This document shows positions 1 through 15,800 of a DNA stretch of 64,000 nucleotides, piece by piece. This stretch comes from Macrostomum lignano (Eukaryota), in contig NIVC01003487.1 in the NCBI GenBank assembly GCA_002269645.1, positions 1 to 64,000 on the forward strand. The letters run 5' to 3'. The notes below the pieces were generated by a model that was not told the origin of the DNA, did no database searches, and was given only the letters and a program-made list of their open reading frames with translations. The translations under genes and the position numbers were made by a program. The stretch's first letter is position 1; every line of letters begins with the position of its first letter.

Positions 1-3000
1 CAACACTACCAGACACCAAACACTACCAGACACCCATACTGCCAGACACTAACACTACCAGACACCCACACTGCTAGACACCCACACTGCCAGACACCAA
101 CACTACCAGACACCCACACTGCCAGACACCAACACTACCAGACACTAACACTGCCAGACACCCACACTACCAGACACCCACACTCAGACCCACACTGCCA
201 GACACCAACACTACCAGACACCCACACTGCCAGACACCAACACTACCAGACACCAACACTACCAGACACCCATACTGCCAGACACCCACACTACCAGACA
301 CCCACACTGCCAGACACCAACACTACCAGACACCCACACTGCCAGACACCAACACTGAGACACCAACACTACCAGACACCCACACTGCAGACACACCAAC
401 ACTACCAGACACCAACACTACCAGACACCCACACTGCCAGACACCAACACTACCAGACACCCACACTGCCAGACACCCACACTACCAGACACCCACACTG
501 CAGACACCACACTACCAGACACCCACACTGCCAGACACCCACACTACCAGACACCCATACTGCCAGACACCCACACTAACAGACACCCACACTACCAGAC
601 ACCCACACTGCCAGACACCAACACTACCAGACACCAACACTACCGACACCAACACTACCAGACACCAACACTACCAGACACCCACACTACCAGACACCAC
701 ACTACAGACACCCACACTGCCAGACACCCACACTACCAGACACCCACACTACCAGACACCCACACTGCCAGACACCCACACTACCAGACACCCACACTGC
801 CAGACACCACACACTACCAGACACCACACTGCCAGACACCAACACTACCAGACACCCACACTGCCAGACACCCACACTACCAGACACCCACACTACCAGA
901 CACCCACACTGCCAGACACCCACACTACCAGACACCAACACTACCAGACACCCTCACTACCAGACACCAACACTACCAGACACCCACACTGCCAGACACC
1001 AACACTACCAGACACCAACACTACCAGACACCAACACGGCCAGACACACACACTACCAGACACCCACACTACCAGACACCCACACTGCCAGACACCAACA
1101 CTACCAGACACCAACACTACCAGACACCGACACTGCCAGACACCCACACTGCCAGACACCCACCACTACCAGACACCCACACTGCTAGACACCCACACTA
1201 CCAGACACCCATACTGCCAGACACCAACACTACCAGACACCCACACTACCAGACACCCACACTGCCAGACACCCACACTACCAGACACCCACACTGCCAG
1301 AAAGCCACACTACCAGACAGCCACACTACCAGACACCAACACTACCAGACACCCTCACTACCAGACACCAACACTACCAGACACCCACACTGCCAGACAC
1401 CAACACTACCAGACACCCACACTACCAGACACCCATACTGCCAGACACCCACACTACCAAACTCACACTACCAGACACCAACACTACCAGACACCCACAC
1501 TACCAGACACCCACACTGCCAGACACCCACACTACCAGACACCCACACTGCCAGACACCCACACTACCAGACACCCACACTGCCAGACAGCCACACTACC
1601 AGACACCCATACTGCCAGACACCAACACTACCAGACACCCACACTACCAGACACCAACACTACCAGACACCCACACTACCAGACACCCACACTACCAGAC
1701 ACCCACACTACCAGACACCCATACTGCCAGACACCAACACTACCAAAAACTTACACTACCAGACACCAACACTACCAGACACCAACACTACCAGACACCA
1801 ACACTACCAGACACCCACACTGCCAGACACCCACACTACCAGACACCCATACTGCCAGACACCAACACTACCAGACACCAACACTACCAGACACCCACAC
1901 TACCAGACACCCACACTGCCAGACACCAACACTACCAGACACCCACACTGCCAGACACCCACACTATCAGACACCCACACTACCAGACACCAACACTACC
2001 AGACACCCATACTGCCAGACACCCACACTACCAGACACCCATACTGCCAGACACCCACACTAACAGACACCCACACTGCCAGACACCAACACTACCAGAC
2101 ACCAACACTGCCAGACAGCCACACTACCAGACACCCATACTGCCAGACACCCACACTACCAGACACCCATACTGCCAGACACCCACACTACCAGACACCA
2201 GCACTACCAGACACCCATACTGCCAGACACCCACACTACCAGACACCCACACTGCCAGACAGCCACACTACCAGACACCCATACTGCCAGAAACCCACAC
2301 TACCAGACACCACACTGCCAGACACCAACACTACCAGACACCCACACTACCAGACACCCACACTACCAGACACCCACACTGCCAGACACCAACACTACCA
2401 GACCCCACACTGCCAGACACCCACACTATCAGACACCCACACTACCAGACACCAACACTACCAGACACCCATACTGCCAGACACCCACACTACCAGACAC
2501 CCATACTGCCAGACACCCACACTAACAGACACCCACACTGCCAGACACCAACACTACCAGACACCAACACTACCAGACACCCATACTGCCAGACACCCAC
2601 ACTACCAGACACCCATACTGCCAGACACCCACACTAACAGACACCCACACTGCCAGACACCCACACTACAGTCACCAACACTACCAGACACCCACACTAC
2701 CAGACACCCACACTGCCAGACACCAACACTACCAGACACCCACACTGCCAGACACCACACTATCAGACACCCACACTACCAGACACCAACACTACCAGAC
2801 ACCCATACTGCCAGACACCCACACTACCAGACACCCATACTGCCAGACACCCACACTAACAGACACCACACTGCCAGACACCCACACTACCAGACACCAA
2901 CACTACCAGACACCACACTGCCAGACACCACACTACCAGACACCCATACTGCCAGACACCACACTACCAGACACCCACACTGCCAGACACCACACTACCA

Positions 3001-6000
3001 GACACCAACACTACCAGACACCCTCACTACCAGACACCAGACACTACCAGACACCCACACTGCCAGACACCCACACTACCAGACACCAACACTACCAGAC
3101 ACCCTCACTACCAGACACCAACACTACCAGACACCCACACTGCCAGACACCCACACTACCAGACACCCACACTGCCAGACACCAACACTACCAGACACCA
3201 ACACTACCAGACACCACACTACCAGACACCCACACTACCAGACACCACACTACCAGACACCAACACTACCAGACACCCACACTACCAGACACCCATACCA
3301 GACACCAACACTACCAGACACCAACACTACCAGACACCCATACTGCCAGACACCCAACACTACCAGACACCCACACTGCTAGACACCCACACTGCCAGAC
3401 ACCACACTACCAGACACCCATACTGCCAGACACCAACACTACCAGACACCCATACACTGCCAGACACCCACACTACCAGACACCACACTACCAGACACCA
3501 CACTGCCAGACACAACACTACCAGACACCCACACTGCCAGACAGCCACACTACCAGACACCCATACTGCCAGACACCCACACTACCAGACACCCATACTG
3601 CCAGACACCCACACTACCAGACACCAGCACTACCAGACACCCATACCCAGACACCCACACTACCAGACACCCACACTGCCAGACACCACACTACCAGACA
3701 CCCATACTGCCAGACACCCACACTACCAGACACCCACACTGCCAGACAGCAACACTACCAGACACCAACACTACCAGACACCCACACTACCAGACACCCA
3801 CACTGCCAGACACCAACACTACCAGACACCCACACTGCCAGACACCCACACTACCAGACACCACACTACCAGACACCCACACTACCAGACACCCACTGCC
3901 AGACACCAACACTACCAGACACCCACACTGCCAGACACCCACACTACCAGACACCCACACTGCCAGACACCAACACTACCAGACACCAACACTACCAGAC
4001 ACCCACACTGCCAGACACCCACACTGCCAGACACCCACACTACCAGACACCCACACTGCCAGACACCAACACTACCAGACACCCACACTACCAGACACCC
4101 ACACTGCCAGACACCCACACTACCAGACACCCACACTGCCAGACACCACACTACCAGACACCCACACTACCAGACACCACACTACCAGACACCCACTACC
4201 AGACACCCACACTACCAGACACCCACACTGCCAGACACCCACACTACCAGACACCCACACTGCCAGACACCCACACTACCAGACACCCACACTGCCAGAC
4301 ACCACACTACCAGACACCCACACTGCCAGACACCAACACTACCAGACACCCACACTACCAGACACCAACACTACCAGACACCACACTACCAGACACCCAC
4401 TACCAGACACCCACACTACCAGACACCCACACTGCCAGACACCCACACTACCAGACACCAACACTACCAGACACCCTCACTACCAGACACCAACACTACC
4501 AGACACCCACACTGCCAGACACCCACACTACCAGACACCCACACTACCAGACACCCACACTGCCAGACACCCACACTACCAGACACCACACTACCAGACA
4601 CCAACACTACCAGACACCCACACTACCAGACACCCAACACTGCCAGACACCCACACTACCAGACACCCACACTGCCAGACACCCACACTACCAGACACCC
4701 ACACTGCCAGACACCACACTACCAGACACCCATACTGCCAGACACCAACACTACCAGACACCAACACTACCAGACACCAACACTACCAGACACCCACACT
4801 ACCAGACACCCACACTACCAGACACCCATACTGCCATACACCAACACTACCAAAAACTACACTACCAGACACCAACACTACCAGACACCAACACTACCAG
4901 ACACCAACACTACCAGACACCCACACTGCCAGACACCCACACTACCAGACACCCATACTGCCAGACACCAACACTACCAGACACCAACACTACCAGACAC
5001 CCATACTGCCAGACACCAACACTACCAGACACCCACACTGCTAGACACCCACACTGCCAGACACCAACACTACCAGACACCCACACTGCCAGACACCAAC
5101 ACTACCAGACACCAACACTGCCAGACACCCACACTACCAGACACCCACACTGCCAGACACCAACACTACCAGACACCCACACTGCCAGACAGCCACACTA
5201 CCAGACACCCATACTGCCAGACACCCACACTACCAGACACCCATACTGCCAGACACCCACACTACCAGACACCAGCACTACCAGACACCCATACTGCCAG
5301 ACACCCACACTACCAGACACCCACACTGCCAGACAGTCACACTACCAGACACCCATACTGCCAGAAACCCACACTACCAGACACCCACACTGCCAGACAC
5401 CAACACTACCAGACACCAACACTACCAGACACCCACACTACCAGACACCCACACTGCCAGACACCAACACTACCAGACACCCACACTGCCAGACACCCAC
5501 ACTATCAGACACCCACACTACCAGACACCAACACTACCAGACACCCATACTGCCAGACACCCACACTACCAGACACCCATACTGCCAGACACCCACACTA
5601 ACAGACACCCACACTGCCAGACACCAACACTACCAGACACCAACACTACCAGACACCCACACTGCCAGACACCGACACTGCCAGACACCAACACTACCAG
5701 ACACCCACACTGCCAGACACCAACACTACCAGACACCAACACTACCAGACACCAACACTACCAGTCACCAACACTACCAGACACCCACACTGCCAGACAC
5801 TCATACTGCCAGACACCCACACTACCAGACACCCACACTGCCAGACACCACACTACCAGACACCCATACTGCCAGACACCCACACTACCAGACACCCACA
5901 CTGCCAGACACCAACACTACCAGACACCAACACTACCAGACACCCTCACTACCAGACACCAACACTACCAGACACCCACACTGCCAGACACCCACACTAC

Positions 6001-6234
6001 CAGACACCAACACTACCAGACACCCTCACTACCAGACACCAACACCACCAGACACCTACACTGCCAGACACCAACACTACCAGACACCCACACTACCAGA
6101 CACCCATACTGCCAGACACCCACACAACCAGGCACCCACACAACAGACACCCACACTACCAGACACCCACACTACCAGACACCCACACTACCAGACTCCC
6201 ACACTACCAGGCACCCACACTACCAGGCACCCAC
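1..6234. repeat. Intronic satellite, 15-16 bp unit CAC(C/A)(C)ACACT(A/G)CCAGA, more than 6 kb, running off the window start
   Basis: Continuous tandem array ending at the minus-strand GT donor (6234-6233). The ORFs annotated here are repeat artefacts. Confidence 0.98.
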
Positions 6235-9200
6235 CTTGCTCCTATACCAGTCCAGCCAGGTGTTGAGGCTCCACCAAGGCCCCACCGGCTGGACGCTGGC
6301 AGACGCGCCGCTGTCCTTGTCGCCCGGCTGTAAAAGAATTGTTGAATTGAAAACAGCTGATGTCGAATGTGCAAAAAAATAAATTAATAATCATAAATAT
6401 TGCTCTTCAACCCTAGCAAAACCATTTTTGAAATTGAGAAACGCTTAGCAACAAAAACCTTGACTTTGTATTAGCCCTTGGTATATATTTGTGAAATATA
6501 CACAAAACTGTGTACAATCAAGGATTACATCCTTAGTAAACAGCAGAGATTAGAGATAGTGACTGCTGGTTTGTACGCTCGTACAAAACAGCGGCCATGC
6601 ATACAAGTGCATTAAAATTTTAATAATGCTACTAATAAATAGTAGATTATACCATTATCTTAGAGCATAGCAGGCAACAAAAAACTTTACTTCATACGCA
6701 ATCAATTTTTCGCTTGGCGAATTCAAACCAAACTCAGGATGTTTTTTCATGCTAAAAAGACAATCGAATTGCACTACTTACAAAGAAATGAGTAGTATAA
6801 TTGGAAAATTAACTTAATTAATTAAAATTCGCATTAAAAAGCGCGTTAAAATGTCTAAAAAACATTTTGAAACCGTGCACATTTAAACTCCAAAAACTAG
6901 AAGCGTCTCAGGCCCAGTGGAATTTCAGGCCCAGTGGATTTGATAAAAAAATGTTTTTCAAATCGTCAAAATTTTCAGCTCCAATTTATTCCTTTTTCTT
7001 CAAGTACAGCTGCACGAAGTCTTTTTTCAGCTGTAATAAAAGATTTTGGGTATTCAGAACGAGTTACGATCGTACATCAAGGATTTAAACTTAATAATTT
7101 ATTGTCAGCATTAAAAAAACAACGCCGATATCTAGAGAAGAAAATAATCAGAAACTCACCTTAAAATAGCTCTCAGCTGGTGTCCAGGGATCGCTGATGT
7201 CATCTGTGTTCAGTTGGATTAGAAACTTCTGCTGCATGCCGCCAGACTTGCGAATCAGAGCATAGCCAAAGCAGGGCCTGCGGGTTCGCATTTGGGATTC
7301 CGGTCTGGGATTTTGGGATTCTGGCCTGGGATTTTGGGATTCCGGTCTGGGATTTTGGGATTCTGGCCTATGATTTTGGGATTCCGGTCTGGGATTTTGG
7401 GATTCTGGTCTGAAATTTTGGGATTCTGTCATGGGATATTAGGATTCTGTCATGGGATATTGGGATTCTGGTTTAGGATACTGGGATTCTAGTTTAGGAT
7501 ATTAGTAGGATTTTGGTTAAGGATATTGGGATTCTGGTTTAGGATATTGAGATTCTAGTGTAGGATATTGAGATTCTGGTGTAGGATATTGGGATTATGG
7601 TTTAGGATATTGGGATTATGGTTTAGGATATTGAGATTCTGGTGTAGGATATTGAGATTCTGGTGTAGGATATTGGGATTATGGTTTAGGATATTGGGAT
7701 TATGGTGTAGGATATTGGGATTATGGTTTTGATATTGAGATTCTGGTTTAGGATATTGGGATTATGGTTTAGGATATTGGGATTCTGGTTTAGTATATTG
7801 AGATTCTGGTGTAGGATATTGGGATTATGGTTTAGGATATTGGGATTATGGTGTACGATATTGAGATTCTGGTGTAGGATATTGGGATTATGGTTTAGGA
7901 TATTGAGATTCTGGTGTAGGATATTGGGATTATGGTTTAGGATATTGGGATTATGGTTTAGGATATTGAGATTCTGGTTTAGGATATTGGGATTCTGGTT
8001 TAGGATATTGGGATTATGGTTTAGGATATTAGGATTCTGGTTTAGGATATTGGGATTCTGGTTTAGGATATTAGGATTCTGGTTTAGGATATTGGGATTC
8101 TGGTTAAGGATATTGGGATTCTGGTTTAGGATATTGGGATTCTGGTTTAGTATATTGAAATTCTGGTGTAGGATATTGGGATTATGGTTTAGGATATTGG
8201 GATTCTGGTTTAGGATATTGAGATTCTGGTTTAGGATATTGGGATTATGGTTTAGGATATTAGGATTCTGGTTTAGGATATTGGGATTATGGTTTAGGAT
8301 ATTGGGATTCTGGTTTAGGATATTGAGATTCTGGTGTAGGATATTGGGATTCTGGTTTAGGATATTGGGATTAAGTTAAGGGCTCTAAATATCTACAAGG
8401 CTTCTCCAAAAAAGCACAGTTGCAATCGAACTCAAAGCAGATATCATCGAATTAAGAACACCCGAGAAAAAGCGAGCTCACCCCTCGCCAGTCAAGTCGA
8501 TGCAGACCTCATTCCCAGTTGGCTTGCTGGGATGCCGGTCGCTGACGATTCGATCCCTACTGGACAGTCCGGGCGTGATCGCCTTCACTATGATGAAGCC
8601 GGGGTGCTTGGCCAGCTCCAAAACACCTGTGTGACAAAGATGGCAGGATATATCAGTAATGTCTGGCTAACAACAAATTCTCATTTACTTGCTTAATGAC
8701 CAGGTGAGTAATAAACATCGACAGGATTTAAACATAATTGGTAGGAAATAAGTAATTGCAATAGCAAATTTAATGATTTGTTGATAAGTTGATAACTTTG
8801 TTGATAAGATGATAAGATGATTTGTCAATTATTTAACATAATTGAACCAAATGTTACACATTTCCATAGTATGATCGTACCATTGCAATTTTAATATATG
8901 GAAGCCTTAGGCAGTTGCAGTTTTAATACTGTATATACCAAGACCATTATGAAATGCATTACTAAGATAGCAATGATATTAGGAGGTCCTAACATTATTC
9001 TACATAATATGTATACATGTACATGTAGTGAACAAATGGTTTAGCATAGATTCATTAGGGTCCCTAAGGATTATGCCACAATAACATAAATGGCAAACTA
9101 CAAAAGTTCTAATGATAATAAAATAGACTAATATCTTAGATTGTTTTAAGTTCTTGAATTAAATAAACTTCATAGCTTGTTGCTCTTAACAATGTTTTTA

Positions 9201-11634
9201 AGTCTGCATTTCATAATCCCTATTCACCTATTGCGCTATTTTTTTTGCCACTATACAATAGATGTCCTAGAAGTAGTATCGAGTAGGAACTAGGAAGCTA
9301 AATTTATTCAATGAAATTTCTTACTTTAGCATGTAGCTACTTCCTGCTTTAGACAGCATGAATTTGCTTGCATACCACTGAGAATATACATATACAAAAT
9401 ATAAATAATAGTTCTATGCTTACACAGAAGAAAGACATAATGGGGCTGTATAAAATGGAATTAGAAAGCAGCCACAGCAGCAGCAATAGCGTAATTTGTT
9501 TCAGACACTGAGGTTAATATTTACTAAGTAAAACAGACAATTTTTGTACTCTGAAGCTTTGGCAACTCTGGCACTCTTGCAATTGCTATTGGGTAGATTA
9601 TGTCTATAAGAATTGGACTATATACTACATATATGCTGTGTGTATATCAGTATATACACTTAGGCATCAGACTCAATCATAATTCTATGCCAATGAAATT
9701 AATATGCTTTGATAATGCTAGTAGAAGTATAGGGTGCTTGCAGATTATGATAAGTTTGCTGAATTGCATAAAAAAATTAAAGGATTATCTAAGTAAGAGT
9801 AAAAAATATTATAAATAAATGCTTACATTGCTTAAATATATCAATTACTTTTGAGTCACCTTGCACATTGTAGGTCTAATACACAACTTGTTATAACTTT
9901 TGTTTCATTTTTTTGTCAAAACTCTAATATCAAAATGTTAGATAGATTATGCTACTTATTATTTTGTGCTTTGCTAATAAAGTGTTCTATTATAATCAGC
10001 TTTATATATAAGTGGTACTACTTTTAGGATATCCTTTTTAAATATTTATTAGAATTAAATGGTAATTATACTATAGCACAAAAATACATTTTCACAAAAG
10101 CCCTCATATATCTGATATAAAAATTATATATTTAATATGTGCCAAATGATATTTGGTGCTTTGAAATGTGTTAATCAAAGTCATTGCCAATCAATGGTAA
10201 TTTTATTTCAATGATGTATAGAAAAACAAATATATAGTATTTAATTTTTAGGTTCTAAAATTAGTAGCTTCAAAAAATGTTGGACCAAAATAATACCAAT
10301 AGTATCAACTTTTGTGAACTAAATGATTTTGTATCTAAAATATTTCCAAAAATTACTTTAGTTAATATATTATACAATAAGACTAGATATATTATACTTA
10401 CATATCAAAAAATAATATATCTAATTTTAATATATCCCAAAAATGTATGCTAATTTATCTTTCAGTACTTCTATACACATAGATTTAGAAAATTCTAGTA
10501 CTGGCAGATAGGTAACAGGTAAGCATAGTTTATATTGTCTACCTTGGCTCTATAGACTATAGTGAATTAATGAATGCTACCAACCTAAGAAATTTTTTGG
10601 TATAGATAGGTTTATATTGATTTATTTATTGTTATTTGCATGCAAGAAAAGAGTATTTATTTTTATTTGGCATATGCTTTGACATAATATACTTTTAAAA
10701 AATAATATGCCCCTTTTTAGTACATCTGTTTATTATATTGATTATTAATAACAAAAACATGTACAAGTACTAGTTCTAATAAGACTAAGAGTCTATAAAA
10801 TCTTAATCTTAAGCACCTAAACAAAAACAAAAACTATATTTTTTTGTGATAAAGGCCTAAGTAAAAATTAAACACAGATCATAGCTGAAGAAAAACATAC
10901 TGATTTGACAAACTCTTTCTTCCATTGCAGTCTTCAACTTAGTGGCTTATACGTGTGGCTTTCATGTATTAATAAAATAATAGCTGATACTAAAATTAAT
11001 TAGGTCTATTTTGCATTCATTGACATAGGATATACCAGAAATTCAAGAATTGCAAAAAGAAGCAATGATTTTTCGTATCAAAGTATTATACTGCCTGTAA
11101 ATAAAAATCAAGGGACTTAAATAGTAATATAATATAGCATTTGCTACCGCTCTAATAGAATGTAAAGTGCACACTACTAAGTACTAATTATACTTAGGAG
11201 ATTTAATCTAAGATGTACTTAGTACTCATACCCACAGTATCTGAACAGGTGCGTTCTAAGGAAGATACAATTCAAAATTGCTATCAATCTAATACCAAAC
11301 ACAGTATAACTAAAACCGAGACATTAACTATACTTAGCGATACAAAAAAGCAAATACAACATTCCATTTATTTTTTTGTTTCAGACATATGATTCTTTTT
11401 CTTTTAAAAATGCTTTAGGTACAATGCAGTTAACAAGGAAATCAAATAAGAAATTTACGAGCTGAATTAACCGACTGTATTTTTGCGACAATAACTCTAG
11501 CACAGAGCTCTAGATTTTGAAGCCCTTTAGGTGTGTCCCATACGATTACATGTACCTCGTATCAGTCGTTTACTTTGAGAGTCCATCTCGTAGAGCTTTG
11601 AGATTGACTTTGCTTTAAACATATGCTCATAAAT
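6235..11634 (-). CDS. Partial multi-exon gene of unknown function; exons 11634-11556 (tentative), 8626-8482, 7277-7160, 6327-6235; continues beyond the window start
   Basis: GT-AG boundaries with matching phases (1, 2, 0) give one open frame: IYEHMFKAKSISKLYEMDSQSKRLIRGVLELAKHPGFIIVKAITPG...GEGPCFGYALIRKSGGMQQKFLIQLNTDDISDPWTPAESYFKPGDKDSG...WLDWYRSK. No family recognised. Confidence 0.7.
7290..8375. repeat. Intronic 21-bp minisatellite (TTGGGATTCTGGTTTAGGATA and variants)
   Basis: Tandem array filling most of intron 7278-8481 and abutting its acceptor. Confidence 0.95.
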
Positions 11635-12524
11635 CTGATAGCTTAACGAATATATTTTATGATGAGCAAGCAAGGATAATAAACCTTTGAAAAGAAAAAA
11701 AACAACTCTTCTACTCATATTAGCTTGAATTCCAGGAGTGCAACGATATTTGATATTAACAGAAAGCAAATATTTTTTCTAGTGCCTTAAATTTGTAGCT
11801 TTAATATTGTCAATTTATTGATTAAAAAATCTGATGCACCATAGGTGCAGTAAAAAATTAACTGAAAGGTATAATTTCATAGTGCATGCTTGACAAAAAA
11901 AGAAATAAAAAATCAAATGCGAATACTAAATCCGATTTGTCCCGACACGACAAGCGATAACGAGCAAAACAAACGCAATAAAAGTAATTGGAAAAATGAA
12001 ATAATTTAAGAGTGAATAAAACTGACTAGCTCAGATACCGTGCTGATTAATGCAGACATTAAACACATAGGCCCTTAATACAGTGCGTGCTGAATTTTCA
12101 ACTCAATAAAGTACAACACGATACAAAGAAATTGATTCAAAAGCACAAAATAAATCGCTCATGCAATCGGACTGCACACACACAGTGCTAATTATATAAT
12201 GATCTGGATAGAAAAAAAACGTAATAAAAAACTAAAGAATTTGGGCGGAAAGTTGCCATTTTTGTTGAATTCTTTCTAGTTGCTGCCTTGAGGATGCATA
12301 TTGTGCGTGCAACACATGCTATTTAATATCCTGAGAATTACACTACAGTGGATGATGATACTGCTGAAACAATTTTAGGACAAACACCAGTCAAAGCTAA
12401 TACGCTTGTTGTTATTAGCTACTACTAGTAACAAGAAAGAATACTTTTTTAAAGTTTATTCAAGCAAAGTCATTGCAGAGCTGAGCTGAGCTGAATCATG
12501 AATCATGCAGGCGGAGCTGAATCA

Positions 12525-12675
12525 TGAATGTGAAGATCATTGTGCTGAATGTGAAGATCATTGTGCTGAATATGAAGATCATTGTGCTGGATGTGAAGAT
12601 CATTGTGCTGAATGTGAAGATCATTGTGCTGGATGTGAAGATCATTGTGCTGGATGTGAAGATCATTGTGCTGAC
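12525..12675. repeat. 21-bp tandem repeat (TGTGAAGATCATTGTGCTGGA) in the probable Pur-alpha 3' UTR
   Basis: About 7 copies, lying between the PURA stop (12831) and a minus-strand AATAAA near 12455. Confidence 0.9.
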
Positions 12676-12830
12676 TGTAAACGCGAATGGATTGACTGCA
12701 AAGAACATGGTATTGATGTGAAGATCAGGCTCACAGAACAAGGAGCGGGGGAGGGGAGGTCGCAATTGTACTAGTAAAACAAAAACAGCTGTAAAGAGAA
12801 CACTAAAGACGGCATCATCATCGTGCCGGT

Positions 12831-15800
12831 TCAGTTGTCCTGATCGGATGAGGACTCATCCTCGCTGCTGCCGCCGCCACTGACTTGTTCGTCATCCTCT
12901 TCCTCGGCGTCGGCCACCGCGACAGCGTCAACCGTGGCGGTGCCGCCGCCGTTGCCAGCCACCTGGTCGATGTACTCCGTCAGGATGTCGCGCAACTGCT
13001 GCCACGACTTCTCCGGCAGCGTGACGGCGGTGCGGAAATTCTGGCGAACCTCCGACATGCGCAGAAAGGTGCCGAGCCGGTTGTAACCGACATCGAAGTA
13101 AAACATCTTGTTCTCCGCGCGGAGGGCCTTCGCCTCGGGCAGCTTGGCGACGCCCTCTGCCGGGGCGGGGGCATGGCATGGGTAATGAGCGGGGAATTAA
13201 GTAATAAGGAAGGTAGAAGTAACAGAGAGGAGAGGCTGCAGGAGATTGAGGGGAGCAAGGGGAGAGGCTGCAGGGGATTGAGAGGAGCAAGGGGAGAGGC
13301 TGCAGGGGATTGAGGGGAGCAAGGGAAGAGGCTGCAGGGGATTGAGGGGAGCAAGGGGAGAGGCTGCAGGGGATTGAGGGGAGCAAGGAGAGAGGCTGCA
13401 GGGGATTGGGGGGAGCAAGGAGAGGGTGTAAGGGATTGAGGGGAGCAAGGGGAGAGGCTGCAGGGGATTGAGGGGAGCAAGGAGAGGGTGTAAGGGATTG
13501 AGGGGAGCAAGGGGAGAGGCTGCAGGGGATTGAGAGGAGCAAGGAGAGAGGCTGCAGGGGATTGAGGGGAGCAAGGAGAGGGTGTAGGGGATTGAGGGGA
13601 GCAAGGGGAGAGGCTGCAGGGGATTGAGGGGAGCAAGGAGAGGGTGTAAGGGATTGAGGGGAGCAAGGGGAGAGGCTGCAGGGGATTGAGAGGAGCAAGG
13701 AGAGAGGCTGCAGGGGATTGAGGGGAGCAAGGAGAGGGTGTAGGGGATTGAGGGGAGCAAGGGGAGAGGCTGCAGGGGATTGAGGGGAGCAAGGGGAGAG
13801 GCTGCAGGGGATTGAGGGGAGCAAGGGGAGAGGCTGCAGGGGATTGAGAGGAGCAAGGGGAGAGGCTGCAGGGGATTGAGAGGAGCAAGGTGAGAGGCTG
13901 CAGGGGATTGAGGGGAGCAAGGGGAGAGGCTGCAGGGGATTGAGAGGAGCAAGGGGAGAGGCTGCAGGGGATTGAGGGGAGCAAGGGGAGAGGCTGCAGG
14001 GGATTGAGAGGAGCAAGGGGAGAGGCTGCAGGGGATTGAGGGGAGCAAGGGGAGAGGCTGCAGGGGATTGAGGGGAGCAAGGGGAGAGGCTGCAGGGGAT
14101 TGAGGGGAGCAAGGAGAGGGTGTAAGGGATTGAGGGGAGCAAGGAGAGGGTGTAGGGGATTGAGGGGAGAAAGGGAGAGAGGGTGCATGGCCGCAGCAAC
14201 AAAAGGAGTAGAATTGTAGAAAAGCGGCAAAATGGGATTAATAAGAGAAATTGGAGGGGATAATTCCGGATGAAAGAATGAAGGGGAGAAAAAACAAAAA
14301 ATGGAGACAAAATCAGATCTAAGTATTGTTAACAAGGCGTCAGCCAACTGAGCCCTTTGACCTCTCTGATACGCAAATTTGAGGACTGGCGATAAAGAAT
14401 TGTACATTTGGCCACACTTGAACAAAAAGCCACACAAGTACCAAGACAAACACTGACGTTCGCGGAGGTCAACTGACTCCCTTGACCCTCCCTGAAAAAC
14501 AGAGAGACAACCAGCCGGGTTATTCAGCGACACTCACCAGCGGCATCGTCAGTGCCGCACTGGTTGATGAGGTCGACCAGGAGGTCGGCCAGCTCACGGA
14601 CGCCCTGCTCGGGCACGACCACCTGGCTGCGGACACCGGAAGGCGCCACCTGCTGGGCAATGCGGAGGTAGCGACCGCGCTGATTCTCCCTCAGGTCGAG
14701 GAAATAGCGCCGATTCTCGTGGGCCATCGTCTCGGATTTGCTTTTGAAGTCGGCGGCGGCGTCCCCAGCGGCGGCGGCAGGCTGCGCGGACAGGTGCTTG
14801 GCCAGCAGGTTGAGCTTGTCTCTGAACGGAGGATGCGGGAATAGCCTCGTTATCAAACAATTATTGTTGGAGTTTCACTTACGATCTGGTCTGGGGATTT
14901 TTGTAAAAAAATTTTTCCATACCCTCCAATCAGAGTTCCCGAATCCGTGCCCTCCAATCAGAACTCCCGAATCCGTGCCCTCCAATCAGAGTTCCCGAAT
15001 CCGTGCCCTCCAATCAGAGCCCCCGAATCCATACTCTCCAATCAGAACTCCCGAATCCGTGCCCTCCAATCAGAACTCCCGAATCCGTGCCCTCCAATCA
15101 GAACTCCCGAATCCGTGCCCTCCAATCGGAGACCCTGAATCCGTGTCCTCCAATCAGAGCCCCCGAATCCGTGCCCTCCAATCAGAGCCCCCGAATCCAT
15201 ACTCTCCAATCAGAGCCCCCGAATCCATACTCTCCAATCAGAGCCCCCGAATCCATACTCTCCAATCAGAGCCCCCGAATCCATACTCTCCAATCAGAGC
15301 CCCCGAATCCATACTCTCCAATCAGAGCCCCCGAATCCATACTCTACAATCAGAGCCCCCGAATCCATACTCTCCAATCAGAGCCCCCGAATCCGTGCCC
15401 TCCAATCAGAGCCCCCGAATCCATACTCTCCAATCAGAGCCCCCGAATCCATACTCTCCAATCAGAGCCCCCGAATCCATACTCTCCAATCAGAGCCCCC
15501 GAATCCATACTCTCCAATCAGAGCCCCCGAATCCATACTCTCCAATCAGAGCCCCCGAATCCATACTCTCCAATCAGAGCCCCCGAATCCGTGTCCTCCA
15601 ATCAGAGCCTCGAATCCGTGCCCTCCAATCAGAGCCCCCGAATCCGTGCCCTCCAATCAGAGCCCCCGAATTCGTGCCCTCCAATCAGAGAGCCCCCGAA
15701 TCCGTGCCCTCCAATCAGAGCCCCCGAATCCGTGCCCTGCAATCAGAGCCCCCCAAATCAGTGTCCTCCAATCAGAGTTCTCGAATCCGTGCCCTCCAAT

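Noticed and set aside
6934-7164. hAT dimerisation-domain remnant (FSSSTAARSLFS)
   Set aside because: The similarity is too short and no TIR or TSD was found.
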